From assembly GCA_950097015.1 (NCBI GenBank), contig CATNEN010000011.1, positions 3,472,001-3,536,000 on the forward strand: a stretch of DNA of 64,000 nt, read 5' to 3'. How positions within the stretch are numbered: the first letter of the stretch is position 1; each line of letters opens with the position of its first letter. The notes beneath the pieces were generated by a model that did not search any database, had not been told where the DNA came from, and saw only the letters and a list, made by a program, of their open reading frames with translations. The position numbers and the translations under genes were made by a program. Shown in pieces: positions 47,714 to 60,224 of this stretch. Source of the stretch: Macrostomum hystrix. Its lineage: Eukaryota > Animalia > Platyhelminthes.

Positions 47714-50700
47714 ATCAAGTCGCAAAATAGTTTAGAAAAGTGTCAGTGGGATCAATTAGACACTTCACTCGTAGCTAATAGTACTTTGTAACTTTACACC
47801 ATCTGTCAAAACCTACTACACTTACAAAATACAGTGTAATTATTTTGTATTCATGAAGACCTAAGTAGCAGCAAATTCTTGTACTTTATAATGTCATCAT
47901 TTTACGCAATCATTTTTACAATTATTACACTACATGAGCCAGTATTCCGTCAATTACTCGTGCACATGTTAGGGCAGGTGCAAATACGTTACTAATTATA
48001 GTCTTTTTGTCTGCCTGCAGGTATATAGCCTTCTAAGTCTAATAATAGATAAAAAACATGTTAACTAAGCTTGTGATGCTAGACGGATAGTGCAAGAACT
48101 GCATAGTGCTGAGCAACCATTTAAGCTTCTAGAAATTGTCAAATCTAGGCGCGAACAATAAAATCCTTTCTATAATACTCAAAATTTTATTGAATTAGCG
48201 TACCAATGATTAAAACAAATTACATTGCCGACAGGCCCGGAGACTGCGAAGTGTAACCACAAATTGACAAATGAAATATATATGGGCTTCAGTACATTGA
48301 AGACTCTGAAAAAAAGAATATAAGGAAAATTATTTTATACTCAAAAGTACGCGTGCATTTAAAAGTATATACCTAGATTGTTCAGTTCTAGCCTTTTGAA
48401 AACTTAAATAGATACGAAGTGAAGGATATGAGATCACTAACTGTATTGATGACCGTGTACTAAGTCGTTTTTTCTCATTAGTATGAATCAAATAGCTTCT
48501 AGAGTTTGTTGCTCTTGAAATCATGCTCTTATAATCATATTAGGCTCTGACATTTTAGCAGTATCTTATTTTCCAAGTTATTTGTTTGACACCGTGACCA
48601 ATGCCCAATGGCAATAGCAAGCAAATATAGCAATATCATTACCATGGCACGACAATAAGTATTGAAGCAATTGGCCTACTGTACTATTAATCGTCACATT
48701 ATATTCGCTATAATGAATTTTGTTTGAAAACTGCTGTGGGGCCTATATTTAACTTATAAAGATGTCTAGGCCTATGCCTATTGGCTATAGCAAAATTAAT
48801 TACATTGTGATTGTCATTTGCAGTTTTACTTTTGAGTCTATAGGCTATAAAAAATTATGGAAGTGAATGTAATTCTAATTTCAAGAAACATGAGTCATAA
48901 TTGTTAATTTTATGTTCTAAAGCAGACAACAGTTCTGATGACAGTCCAATGTATTAGCTGATATGTGTCAACTGTCAGTCATTAGTTTAACTCTAAGCAT
49001 TGGTAGGGCCTAGTGATAGGTCCCCTGTAGTCATAGTGGCATACTAGCACATATGACTTTTAGGGCTTCTTGAACTCAAATATTTTGGGTTTACCATTCA
49101 AATTCAAACTTCACCCCATAGGCCTAGTCCAGATCATGTTGGCTGCATGCCAGAAGAAAAATAGTGAAAAAATTGTATGCATCCGCATCATCGCATGCAA
49201 AGGATGCAGAGTTTTTGTAAATTGCACACCAGTGCATGCCAACGTGGTACATCATATAATTTGTATAAAAAAGATGTAACACAATTTTCTCTTTAAAGCC
49301 ATTCCATATAAAATGGTTTGAGATGGAAGAAAATAGGCAGCTTATTTTAATTCAGCAAATCAAAAACTCAATTATTTATAGGTTTATAAACCAATCATAA
49401 CTGGAACATTTGATAGGATTAGAGTTCAAGCAGCCAAATTTTTGTCACATGTTTAGCAGCCTGTTAGTTGGTTTCATAATCAAGGGTCTATAGGCCCTAT
49501 GTGGTCTTTATGTGAGGCAGAAGTATATTAATTTTTTAATGCATGGGACAGGCCACACATTAAGTTGTATATACAGATTGCAGATTGAACAGTGAATAAT
49601 AAATAGTAATAAACATTGGTTTAATATTGGGATATATATTTTATACTTCATAGGGTAATGTATCATCAACCAAACAAGAATGTGTATTTTTTTTACTTCA
49701 AACCTAAGCTACAGATTTTCTATTTAAGATATGATGATAAATCAAAAGCCAAGTTATAGAAAACAGTTACATCTTTCTAAAAAGTATCTGCTTTTGCTAT
49801 TTTATCAAATAGAAAAAGAGTTATTCCTGCTTTTTATCTAAAACTGAACAATGATTTTAATGTATCTTCAAACCAAACAGAGAATTTGATGTTTGGTTTT
49901 ACAATTTGAGTGAGTGGTTTAATCTTATTTTAAGGAGTGAACTACCATGAATTATGTCATTTGAAAGCATTTTTCATGCTCTATAAATAACTACATTTAT
50001 GGTCATTTAATTGGCAAGCAACCACATACAATCTTCATCTAAAGTGCATACTGAAAAAATGTTGTTAAAAAGTATGCTTTTGCAATAAAAATTTCTACTG
50101 AAACATCAATATCTTTCTTTCCTCTTAATGCTTCATTGCACATCATGCCTCAGCTTGTAGATAATTTCTTCAACTTTCAAATTAGTTGTTCTGTGAAACA
50201 CAATAGCTTGTTTCTGTCTTGCACGAGACCAAGGAAGGAGTCAAAATTCTTGTTCGGTTTTGAAGATACACTGTTCGGTTGATGATACATTACCCTATAG
50301 TAAAAAATATGTCTAGCTCACCACATTTCAATGCAATTTAATATGCCAATGCCAAATAACATGTAGCAAAAGTAATAGATGTCATACTAGGCCTAGATAA
50401 GGCATAAGGATTTGTGTTTATTACCATAAAATCAAAGCTAGTTTATCTTTATAGTTTATATCATCTTTTTAAGTCTTAAAGGCCTTATTGCAAAATTAGT
50501 TAGGCTTGGGCCTAGCAGACCATTGTTATGTTAGAAGTAATGTTACAAAAAAGTAAAGATCTTTATTGAATCGGTAACTACCAGTAATGCGCCCAGCACT
50601 GGTAATTTGTTGCAACTTAGCTTAAAATTAGCAAGCCTGTTTTAACATGCATGCTTGTATTTCATATTTGTCTAGGTTATCAAACTTAACTACTTGAAGT

Positions 50701-50971
50701 AAATACTTTTGAGGTTGTTCCTCTTATTTTTTCTACTTTTTTACCTGTTATTTGTCACCTTTTAAACATACTTGACTTATAATATTCCTCATTTCAAATC
50801 ATTTCAGTCACAAATAAAACAAATAGTACAGCAGAGTACATTAAAAGCACTTGTTGGCTAGTTTTTGCAAAAGAACAACTAAATCTATGTGCTATTAAAT
50901 TAGAATACATCTTTTTATAACTAAGTTGTCATTTCAAAGGCATAATTGTGATACAGAGAAACAGTCTGAGA

Positions 50972-53900
50972 ATGTCAGGTAATCATTATGGCCTGCCACA
51001 ATATGATCATTATGTGGAACATCATCAACAGGAGCCAATGACATCAGAAAATAGCAGTGCAGACATGTACAGTTCATCCGTGTACAACTGGCAGCCGAGT
51101 CCTCAGGCTACAGTAGAGTCCAATTCAATCCTGCAGCAGGACAACTTAGAGTGTAATCGAGCTCGCCTTTCTCGCAGACTTAGTAATCGTCCGTCTATAG
51201 ACGACTTGCGCGACAAGGGCCTTGTATTTGGACTGGAGTGCGAGTCGCCAGTTGAGGCGGAGCAGCAAAGACGCTCAATTCGGGCCGCCACAACTGAACA
51301 ATTGCAGTGGAAAATTCAGCACAGGCCAGATAGACAGACACTTGTTGATCATCATATCCTCACAGAGGCTAATCCTGTAGTATCTCCTGTACTACACGAG
51401 GCTCAGGAGCAGCTGAAGAAGCGTCTACTCAAAGATGAGTTGAATTCTAAGCTGGCTATCAGACCCGGGGCGCTAGAAGTGGCCGAGAAAGGCTACTTAC
51501 CATTAAGCCACGGCGCTCACTGTCTGCTAAAAGATGGTTGCATACATTTTCCTAAAGTGGCAGATGCTTCTGAAATCGTCATGGAGCCACAGCAGCAGCA
51601 GCAAGCGCCTCAGCAGGTGAAAACTGGCAGCGCCAGTCGGAAGCACGGGGGTAACAATCAAAAGATAGAAAAGTTTGGCTCCCTCACGTTTCATCGCTAC
51701 ATACCGCCTAGCTCTGGCAGCGGCGGTAGAGGCACCACGCAGCGACAGAAGCAGCAACCACAGCAGCAGCAGCAGCAGCAACTCACCGCCAACCAGTGTC
51801 GCGAAAGTCAACAATCAATTTACCTGGACATGAGTGCTGATGATAAACAGAGTCGCTTAATGAATCAGATGCTTAGCGAGGTCGCTAGTCCTGAACAACA
51901 ACAGCAACAGAAGCAGCAGCAACTTCAGGATCAGCATCAACAAGGTGTTCAGTTTCAACAGCAGTTGCAGACATCGCCGATGCATCAGCTACAGCAGCAA
52001 CCAGCTCCATCCAACCGTAGCGGTCTCGAACAGCTATCCGCTGTTCAGTTGCGCTCCGAATGTCAGAAACGCGGCCTAAAACGCTCAGGCACTAAAGAGC
52101 AGCTGGCTTGTCAGCTGGAGCCGTACAAACAAGAGCTGGCTGCTGAGTACGGTATCCTACTGAGTCCGTCCAGTTCTGAGCAGCAGCAGCGAGGGCTTAG
52201 CGGATCTGACAGTGCTTCAAGTTTACACCAGTTGCAGCAGTCTCAGCCTAAGCAAAGCATTTCTTCTTCAGGCAGCGGTGGCGCATTGTCTATGGCAGCG
52301 GCAATGCCGCAGATGCCAGTACAGCAGCAGCAGCTCCAGCATCCACAGGTCTATCCGTTTATGCCGCTATTTATAGAGAGTCAACAGCAGCAGCATCAGC
52401 ATCAGCAACAACGACCGACGTTTGTTATTACACACGAGGATATGCAGTGAGTTGAAAATAAATAGACTTAAAATGAAAATAATCGCTTTTGAATTGAGTA
52501 TTAAAATTTGTGTTAATTTCTTAAGTGAGTTCAGAAACAGTCAAAAGTACCACGCTAATCTAGAGTCGACTTTTCAGAAAGTCAGAAAATATTTGCCTAT
52601 TATTGCCACCAGGAGAACCCTGACGAGAATGGTTGAATATCTCGACGATGCTGATGTTTTGGGATTCTAGGAGTTGTTTCACCGGATAGAGTGGATAATT
52701 TTAGTGCGTGTTCTGGATTTAAATAGGAACCGGTTAAATATTTTAGAAAATACAGAAAAAATGAAAAAAATGTTAAATGTTTTTTTCGCTTAAGGTCCAA
52801 GAAGCTTGTATCCTATAAGTTAGAGCTTTGTTGGACTTAATTTGACTGGGTCAGAAATTTATGTAGGCTGTACTGAACTTATATTCTCCCATGCACTCTT
52901 ATTCTACAGGCCGCCAACTCCTGTCAGCGTGCACGATTGGCTAGCGGCGGCTCCTGACGCGCCTTGCGCAACCTGTCCTCCAGCCGCTATGCGTAGCGAT
53001 AGTCGCGACCTAGAATTAATCAATCAGCTAATTGAGACTGAGGACTCGCATAGTCGAATGAGCATCACCGGTGAGTGACAGTTAATTTGTCATATTTTCA
53101 CCTGTTGTGTATGACTTTTACCTGTTAAATAGCACTTTCAATTGTTTGATACTACTTTTACCTGTTAGATACTACTTTAACCTGTTCGATACTACTTTTA
53201 CCTGTTAGATGCTACTTATACCTGTTAGATACTACTTTTACCTGTTCGATACTACTATTACCTGTTAGATACTACTTTTACCTGTTAGATACTACTTTTA
53301 CCTGTTGGATTCTACTTTTACCTGCATGTTGGATACTACTTTTACCTGTTGGATTCTACTTTTACCTGTTGGATTCTACTTTAACCTGTTAGATACTACT
53401 TTTACCTGTTGGATTCTACTTTTACTTGTTGGATTCTACTTTTACCTGTTAGATACTACTTTTACCTGTTGGATTCTACTTTTATTTGTTGGATTCTACT
53501 TTTACCTGTTAGATACTACTTTTACCTGTTAAATACTACTTTTACCTGTTGGATTCTACTTTTACTTGTTGGATTCTACTTTTACCTGTTAGATACTACT
53601 TTTACCTGTTGGATTCTACTTTTACCTGTTAGATACTACTTTTACCTGTTAGATAGAACTTTAACCTTTTAGATCGGATTCACCTTTTATATAGGACATT
53701 TACCTGTTAGATAGGACTTTAACTTGTTTATATTAAACTTTACCTGTTATATAATGCCACCCTGCAAGTTCAGCACTGTTTTCAGCTTGACCGTATCACT
53801 TGCCATCCTAAAATCTCCATCGCAGGTCCCGGTGATCTCCCTCCGCCTCTGTCGCCGATGCAACTAGTAGAAGATGTATATTCAGTATCGGCATCTTTGG

Positions 53901-54172
53901 CTGGACCTAGTGCGGCAACTGGCGCAACCATACCTAATCAGCAGCAGCAGCAGCCGCAGCAGCAGATGCTCATTCGCCAACTAGTTGTATCCAGTCCATC
54001 ATTCTTTGGTAGCGGCTTAGTCACGGCAGGTGGAACCACAGGCAGTGGCAGGTATTCGTCAGTTACTAGCGAATTGTTGACCCCGAGAACCCAAGAGTTT
54101 GTGTTTAACAATCTGGCCAAAGGAGACATGGAAATCGATTTGGACAATGTGTTTGCCGCTGACACCATGTGA
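50972..54172 (+). CDS. MRTF: Myocardin-related transcription factor (3 RPEL repeats, basic box, Q-rich region, SAP domain), about 660 aa
   Basis: Exons 50972..52446, 52910..53070, 53826..54172 (1983 nt, in frame). RPEL: RPSIDDLRDKGL, RPDRQTLVDHHIL, RPGALEVAEKGYL. Basic box KFGSLTFHRYIPP. SAP: LEQLSAVQLRSECQKRGLKRSGTKEQLACQL. Confidence 0.92.
52605..52730 (+). repeat. Dispersed repeat; copy in MRTF intron 1 homologous to 62235..62360 (-) and 62525..62630 (+)
   Basis: Shared core GAATATCTCGACGATGCTGA plus flanks TGCCACCAG... and TTGTTTCA...TTCTGGATTT. Confidence 0.65.
53120..53660. repeat. 20-bp minisatellite (CTACTTTTACCTGTTAGATA / ...TGGATT), MRTF intron 2
   Basis: About 27 tandem copies with two alternating variants. 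Confidence 0.95.
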
Positions 54173-54582
54173 ACTTGGTGATTGAAATAGTTTCAAAACC
54201 ATTAAAGATGCGAGATTTTTGTTTTCAAAAGTGGTTTTAGAGACCAATTTTTTGTGTGTACATTGAAGTGGCTACACATATCAATCGTTTGCCATTTTTT
54301 ATCTCGCCACTTCACTATTCTTCATATTCTGATGCATATTGATTTAACAACAACTCATTATTATTCTGCTTTGCAAACTCATTATTTTTCTCCCAAACAA
54401 CTGTTGTTTGTTGAATCCCGCTAAATAATTGTTGGATATTTTGGTATATTTTATTGTTCGAATCGATCTAAATTTATAATTTTGTCGTATTTTGCCTTGT
54501 GTTTATTAATCAAGATTATGCTTCGCTTTTTCTGCTTCACATTGTAGAGAGCCAATAAGGTTTATTCGGTGTTCTTATTTTG

Positions 54583-55260
54583 TATCGTAGAGAGCCTCAT
54601 CAACCTATAAGGTTTATTTTGTTTTGTTTTTTTAGCTTAGAGAGCCTCATCAACCTAAAAGGTTTATTTTGTTTTTGTTTTTTTAGCTTAGAGAGCCTCA
54701 TCAACCTAAAATGTCTATTTGGTTTTATGATTTTTAGCGTAGAGAGCCTCATCAACCTAAAAGGTCTATTTGGTTTTATGATTTTTAGCGTAGAGAGCCT
54801 CATCAACCTAAAATGTCTATTTGGTTTTATGATTTTTAGCGTAGAGAGCCTCATCAACCTAAAAGGTCTATTTGGTTTTATGATTTTTAGCGTAGAGAGC
54901 CTCATCAACCTAAAATGTCTATTTGGTTTTATGATTTTTAGCGTAGAGAGCCTCATCAACCTAAAAGGTCTATTTGGTTTTATGATTTTTAGCGTAGAGA
55001 GCCTTATCAACCTAAAATGTCTATTTGGTTTTATGATTTTTAGCGTAGAGAGCCTCATCAACCTAAAAGGTCTATTTGGTTTTATGATTTTTAGCGTAGA
55101 GAGCCTCATCAACCTAAAAGGTCTATTTGGTTTTATGATTTTTAGCGTAGAGAGCCTTATCAACCTAAAATGTCTATTTGGTTTTATGATTTTTAGCGTA
55201 GAGAGCCTCATCAACCTAAAATGTCTATTTGGTTTTATGATTTTTAGCGTAGAGAGCCTC
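54583..55260. repeat. 51-bp minisatellite (GTAGAGAGCCTCATCAACCTAAAAGGTCTATTTGGTTTTATGATTTTTAGC), about 13 copies
   Basis: Tandem copies downstream of the MRTF stop codon, no spacers. Confidence 0.97.
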
Positions 55261-56269
55261 GTGACCCAATATAGCATTGCTTCGTGTTACACAAAATTTC
55301 AAAATTTTAAGCAAAGCATCAAGATTTTCGCGATGTAGTAGAGAGCCTTTTTTAGTACAGAAGAGACAAATTTCGCCTTAAGATAGGGCTGATATTATTT
55401 TTCTTTTTTTTTCAAAAATGCGTCGAGGCGTTGTAAAATTGAAACTGCAAGTTAATTTGTCCTGAAGAATGCTTCAGGTTTTTGTTAAACAATGTCTGTC
55501 ACAATTCGTTTTGTTTCTGAATCTCTATTTGTGCGTTTCAAAATGCAACAAATTATTAAACATGTTTTTGTGTCTTTTAACAACGAAAATAGGAATTAAA
55601 AAAATTTCCTTTGTCCATAGTCACTGTTCATTACATGCACACATGTAGCCAGTTTTACATTCGCCATTGACGAATGAAGCAATCAGTTTATTTCATTCCA
55701 CGGTCAAATATATATTCAATCAAATGAAAATCGGTCGCCTATAAATATAAGCTCGAACAACTGTACTTTTATCTCCACTTTATTTGAAATTTATAAATTT
55801 CACCCATCTTACTATTTATTTAACCTGCAGTTGTGCACTTTTTACTTTGTACTTTTTACTAATTTTTCTCTCGTGTTGTTCAACTTGTTGTCTATAAAAT
55901 ATTGTAATTATTGTTCATTATTTTGTTCTGTTACTTTAAAAAGCAGATGTTTTAAGTTAACTGTCCATACTGCTCGTACATGCTCTGCCTATTGAATATG
56001 AAACCTTCTGATTTGGGTTGATAAAAATTTAAAGCTTAATTTTTAGTCTTAATTTGCCACTGGGTGGGGTAAACTTTTTATTGCTGTCTTCAAGTTGCTG
56101 AGATTTCGTATCAATATTTTTAAAGTAATTTTCTTATTAAAACTGAACTGAAAAAAAACTTTGAAGACATACATGACAATAAATGCAACTTTGCATTGCA
56201 CTCACTTCAATATTTTTTGACATTTTGATTGTTTTGTTTTTTCATTCAGAGCTACACCCACGCCACACA

Positions 56270-56410
56270 CACCATCTAACAGCTGGGTGAACTGAAGCAA
56301 TGCAGAGTTTAGTGTCTGCCTAAATGACACATCTTGTTCCACTGGAGTCGGGAATCGAACCCCCGACCTTCAAGCCTTAATCCCGACACCCTAACTACTA
56401 GCCTACAATG
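56270..56410 (-). mobile_element. CORE-like SINE copy (3' truncated)
   Basis: Reverse complement TGTAGGCTGTAGTTAGGGTGTCGGGATTAAGGCTTGAAGGTCGGGGGTTCGATTCCCGACTCC...CTCTGCATTGCTTCAGTTCACCCAGCTG. Confidence 0.82.
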
Positions 56411-57022
56411 CTATCAAGCATTGAAGATTGTGATTTTCAACTAGATTCTTCCAATAGAGCTTCTGTTTGCCTGATACGACAAGATAACAGAGCTTGCAAT
56501 TGCTATAGGCTTTGCTCGCAATGAGTACCGCGTATGATATTAATTGACCTCGGCTGATTTAACAAGCTTTCAGCATCGAATTGCTACCTTAGATTCATTG
56601 GATTTACCTGTTTTACCTGTTACCTGTTTAATCTATTTCCTAAGCAAATCAGTATAAAAAACCATTCCATATTATAATAAATCAATAAATAATCAGGATA
56701 TGAACTCACTTCTCGAAGTAGAAAAGCCATGTTGGACATGTGTTCTGTAATGCGGTAATCGTTTCATAGACAAACGGATTGCTTTTAAAGCAAGAATTAA
56801 GGTCCAGCAGCTCCGTTTAGATAAAGGTAGGTGACCACCGAAGTCGGAGATGATGCAGGCACATTCGGGTGACATGCTGACAAAGTTTGAAGGCCTGGCA
56901 AGGCCGCACTGAGGCGCATTGCTAATTCGTGTTTAGGGTAATTCCCCCTTGGTATAAAAGCGGGCGGCAAAATGGCTTGGAAGTACTACTCTTAATTTCC
57001 TACAAATTCACAATAATATAGA

Positions 57023-57270
57023 AGTTGTAGCCCAGTTGTTAGAGCGTCGAAATAATGAGTTGAAATTTTTGTGTCTTTTAGACAGACACTTAACTATGCA
57101 TTATAATTGCTTCAGTTTACCCAGCTGCTAGTTAGGTAGCATTAGCTGGAGGAATTAAGGGTGGGTGTGGAGTTCCCCCAGTCCATGGACTGAATGGCTG
57201 TACGCAGCCTTCAAATGCGCTGTGCAATAGCTGCTGCGCATGCTGTGTGTACACCCGACTCAATCGGAAA
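57023..57270 (+). mobile_element. SINE copy with internally deleted head (B box lost)
   Basis: GTTGTAGCCCAGTTGTTAGAGCGTCG...TGTGTCTTTTAGACAGACACTTAACT...GTACGCAGCCTTCAAATGCGC matches the 39341 copy. Confidence 0.8.
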
Positions 57271-57281
57271 GTGTTTGACAA

Positions 57282-58921
57282 TCATTTGACAAGCAGGGTG
57301 CGGATAGCTATGATGAGACAGAGGATGCCGGATGCCTGCGGGTACATGGGATTTGTTCCCGATGCAGCTCCGTGAGGGATTCAATCCGGTGAAGTAAGGC
57401 GAGAGTCACTGAAACTCGGGTGCGGCAGCTGAAGCGACACAAAGCTAAGATTGAGCAGGGGACACATCAGAACAGAGCCTACAGCGATGGATGACTGGAA
57501 GGGTACTGAGCACTGTGACCCACCGAGCGCAGGCACTGAGGTCCGTTGCTTCACCGACAAGCTGACAAAATTAGTTTCGAATACATTTTTAAGCAATAGA
57601 ACCTTTGTATACTCGTAGATATTTGATCAGCCAAACGTCAAAGTGACGTCATGCGAAAACAAAAAATGCGAATACCTTCTTTAGTGTCGCAATGACGATA
57701 ATTGTGTCACCACCGTCCTCAGTTTGCACCGCTGCCTCACAGTTGTGCATGTAGATGTACCTGTGTGTGCTGCGAGCTTTCTCACTAAAACTCTATAAAT
57801 ATCTAGATATCTAGAATTCTACGCCACAGCCCTAAGCAAATATTTTTACTACAATAGAATTTCGTGCTCTAGTTATGACAACGGGCTTTTAAATTGGACA
57901 CGGAGCTTTCTGAGGCGCCATTCAGCCACGCTGTCTATGGCCAACTCCAAAATTTACACGTGGGCTGTGACATTAGACAGCGGGCAGACCTTTATTCCCC
58001 AGTTGGATTGGCCCATAGACCAGATAAATGTATTTATTTGGCCGTTGAAATTTATCTGGCCGGGATATTATCTAGAGAATTTTTCTTCCCTATCGTCTTG
58101 GGCCATTATGTAGTTAGATTTCTCGTCCGCTGTTAAGGATGCGAAATTGGGAGTTTTCCTAGAAATGTTCTTTTCAAAATTCGAACGTGCGGCGCCATAC
58201 ATATTCCAACTGCACTTAAAAAGGAAGTGGACCTCTTTTTCAACTTACATTTTGCACTTACTACATAATCTATTCACATACGGAATTTTCGGTCTCGCAG
58301 TTCGCAATTTTTCACCAGCTAGCTTATGGCTTCCTAGTCTAAACAAGGATATGGTAAGTCTACGTGTATGCTCCACACCTGTGTTGATCTGTAGCCATAA
58401 TTATTACCAATCCACAGAATATAGCCTACTAGAGCGAATACCGCCATTTTATGACTTCCGTTGATGGGCCTGATGTGTGGTGGTCGCTTTCATTTACATC
58501 TGCAGATGGCAATGCCAAACAAAATAAACTGATTTGAAAATATCCACCTATTTGAAATTTAACAATGCCAATAAACTGCACTCTACGGCTCGTAAAAGGC
58601 CCTCTCCAAGCAAACTCGTAGAATAAAAACTCAAATCTCTTGATTAGAAAAGCTCTTCGCCCAGTGCAGCGAAGAATGACAGGACCGGCTAGCCTGAACT
58701 CCGACAGAGCAGCCTCTTTGCCTCGGATGAGAAAGTTCTCCATCTTTGCACATTCAGCTCCGCTCTCTCATGGAGACAAACTGTATCACAAATGCTCGCT
58801 TCATTAAATAGAGTTAGCTTGATCGCAGCCATTTGTTGAGTCTTGATTATCCAGCACCAATCTACCTGCTGATAGGCTCCTGTGAGCATAGCTAGCACAA
58901 GATCATATATATCAAATTTAA
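57282..58921 (-). pseudogene. Frameshifted tandem paralog of the CUB/Ig-like membrane protein
   Basis: CUB-like exon 58548..58921 (YQQVDWCWIIKTQQMAAIKLTLFNEASICDTVCLHE / SGAEC...FRLAGPVILRCTG...IKRFEFLF) needs a 2-nt removal in the (CT)4 run at about 58763 to become a 372-nt phase 1-1 exon. Ig-like halves: STCTTVRQRCKL (about 57690..57770) matches STCAFVRHQCEL; NGPQCLRSV and IAVGSVLMCPLLNLSFVSLQLPHP (about 57420..57561) match GPSCLSSV and IASSAVIKCRLLNGSFALLKLPSP but lie in different frames. Confidence 0.65.
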
Positions 58922-60224
58922 CTGAACATTTTTGCGGTCTAGGGTAAGTTTTTGATTTACATGTGTCTGGAAACGATGAATTTGTGTAGTTTCAGCTTTT
59001 ACTAAAATGAAAAGTGAGCATATTTTGTTTGATTCAACTTGCACTGTTCCGAATAAAACATATCGCGTATGCGAAGCATAAAATGAACAAATATAAAATT
59101 TGCGTACAATCATGGATGCGAAATTGAATTTTCTGTCTATTTCAGCGTCACAAGAACTGCTTGAATTATTTTTAGCGACAATCGACCTCAGGAATTTATA
59201 ATGTAGAACTTATAATCAAGATGTAAATTGACGCATTGAACCGATTTTATTTCTCCATGCCGGTGCATTCACCATTGCTGCATCGTTGCTGTCTATCAGG
59301 TAAACTATATGCAACTATACATGCCAAGATTGCGGTCTCAGATTTAGATAGCTTAATAAGCTAGAACATTTGTTTACTCCAACATCGCACAGTGACTTAT
59401 AACTTAAGGCAATGTAAAAAAGACTGTCAAATACGGTTTAAGAATATGCCATAAAAAATTATCGTCCTAAAATCACTCTTATGAGTACTACATGCTTTTT
59501 TATATAAGTCATTTTACTGATTATGGTAGTACAGTACGGGTGACTTGCGATTTAGCTTACAGGGAATTGTCCTTTAAAACGTCATTCTATGAAACACGAG
59601 TGTTTTGCGACCTGCATAAATGTGACTTTAGTCGTTCTTGGGTATTGCTTTACTAGTAAACAAACCATTGATGTTCTGGAATAAGTAAAAGCTGAAGTAC
59701 AAAAAATATGTGTACAATAAGCCTAGAATCAAGAGCAGTACAAGTACGTGATATTTGTAGCTTTGACCTATAACTAGAGATAATCCAATTAGAAAAAGTA
59801 CAACAGGCGAGACAATTTACATTTTTTGCGGAGCGGAAAATCGTCACTTGCTTAAAAATATTTTGACCCTTCCGCTAAATAAAAAGTCAACTTACTGATT
59901 AAGTACAAGCTTTGATAAACGGTCGGTATATACTCGCTTAAGTATGTGTACATTTTTATTGATAGTTCTTGTGTATTAAAATAGCGAACAAACCGAAGGG
60001 GCTCTAGAAAGATCGGGTATGACTTGTTTGCTTGTTTTCAAGAACTTTCGTCACCCATCGTTCGAGAACCTATTTCGCACGAATAACCTCGTAAATAAGC
60101 CACTCCTAGTGGCCAAGACCGAACTTTCCATGCGACAGTTATATCAGTGTTTTGTGTTGTTCTTTTCCACAGTAGAACAACTATAATCAATCAATAGGAC
60201 AGACAACTGCAGGTAGGATGGACG

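Noticed and set aside
54580-55338. 51-bp and 48-bp arrays as CRISPR arrays or repeat proteins
   Set aside because: Units are contiguous with no unique spacers, there are no cas genes, and the context is eukaryotic.
57381-57383. In-frame TGA before a hydrophobic C-terminus as readthrough or selenocysteine
   Set aside because: It falls in a candidate 42-nt intron whose donor (GTGACT) is positionally homologous to the intact paralog's GTGAGT. The upstream exon is frameshifted anyway, and no SECIS was seen.
57870-58135. Minus-strand frame with two stops (DEKSNY...KVCPLSNVTAHV) as another pseudo-exon of the CUB-Ig paralog
   Set aside because: Reads as coding-like, but I could not align it convincingly to the intact gene.
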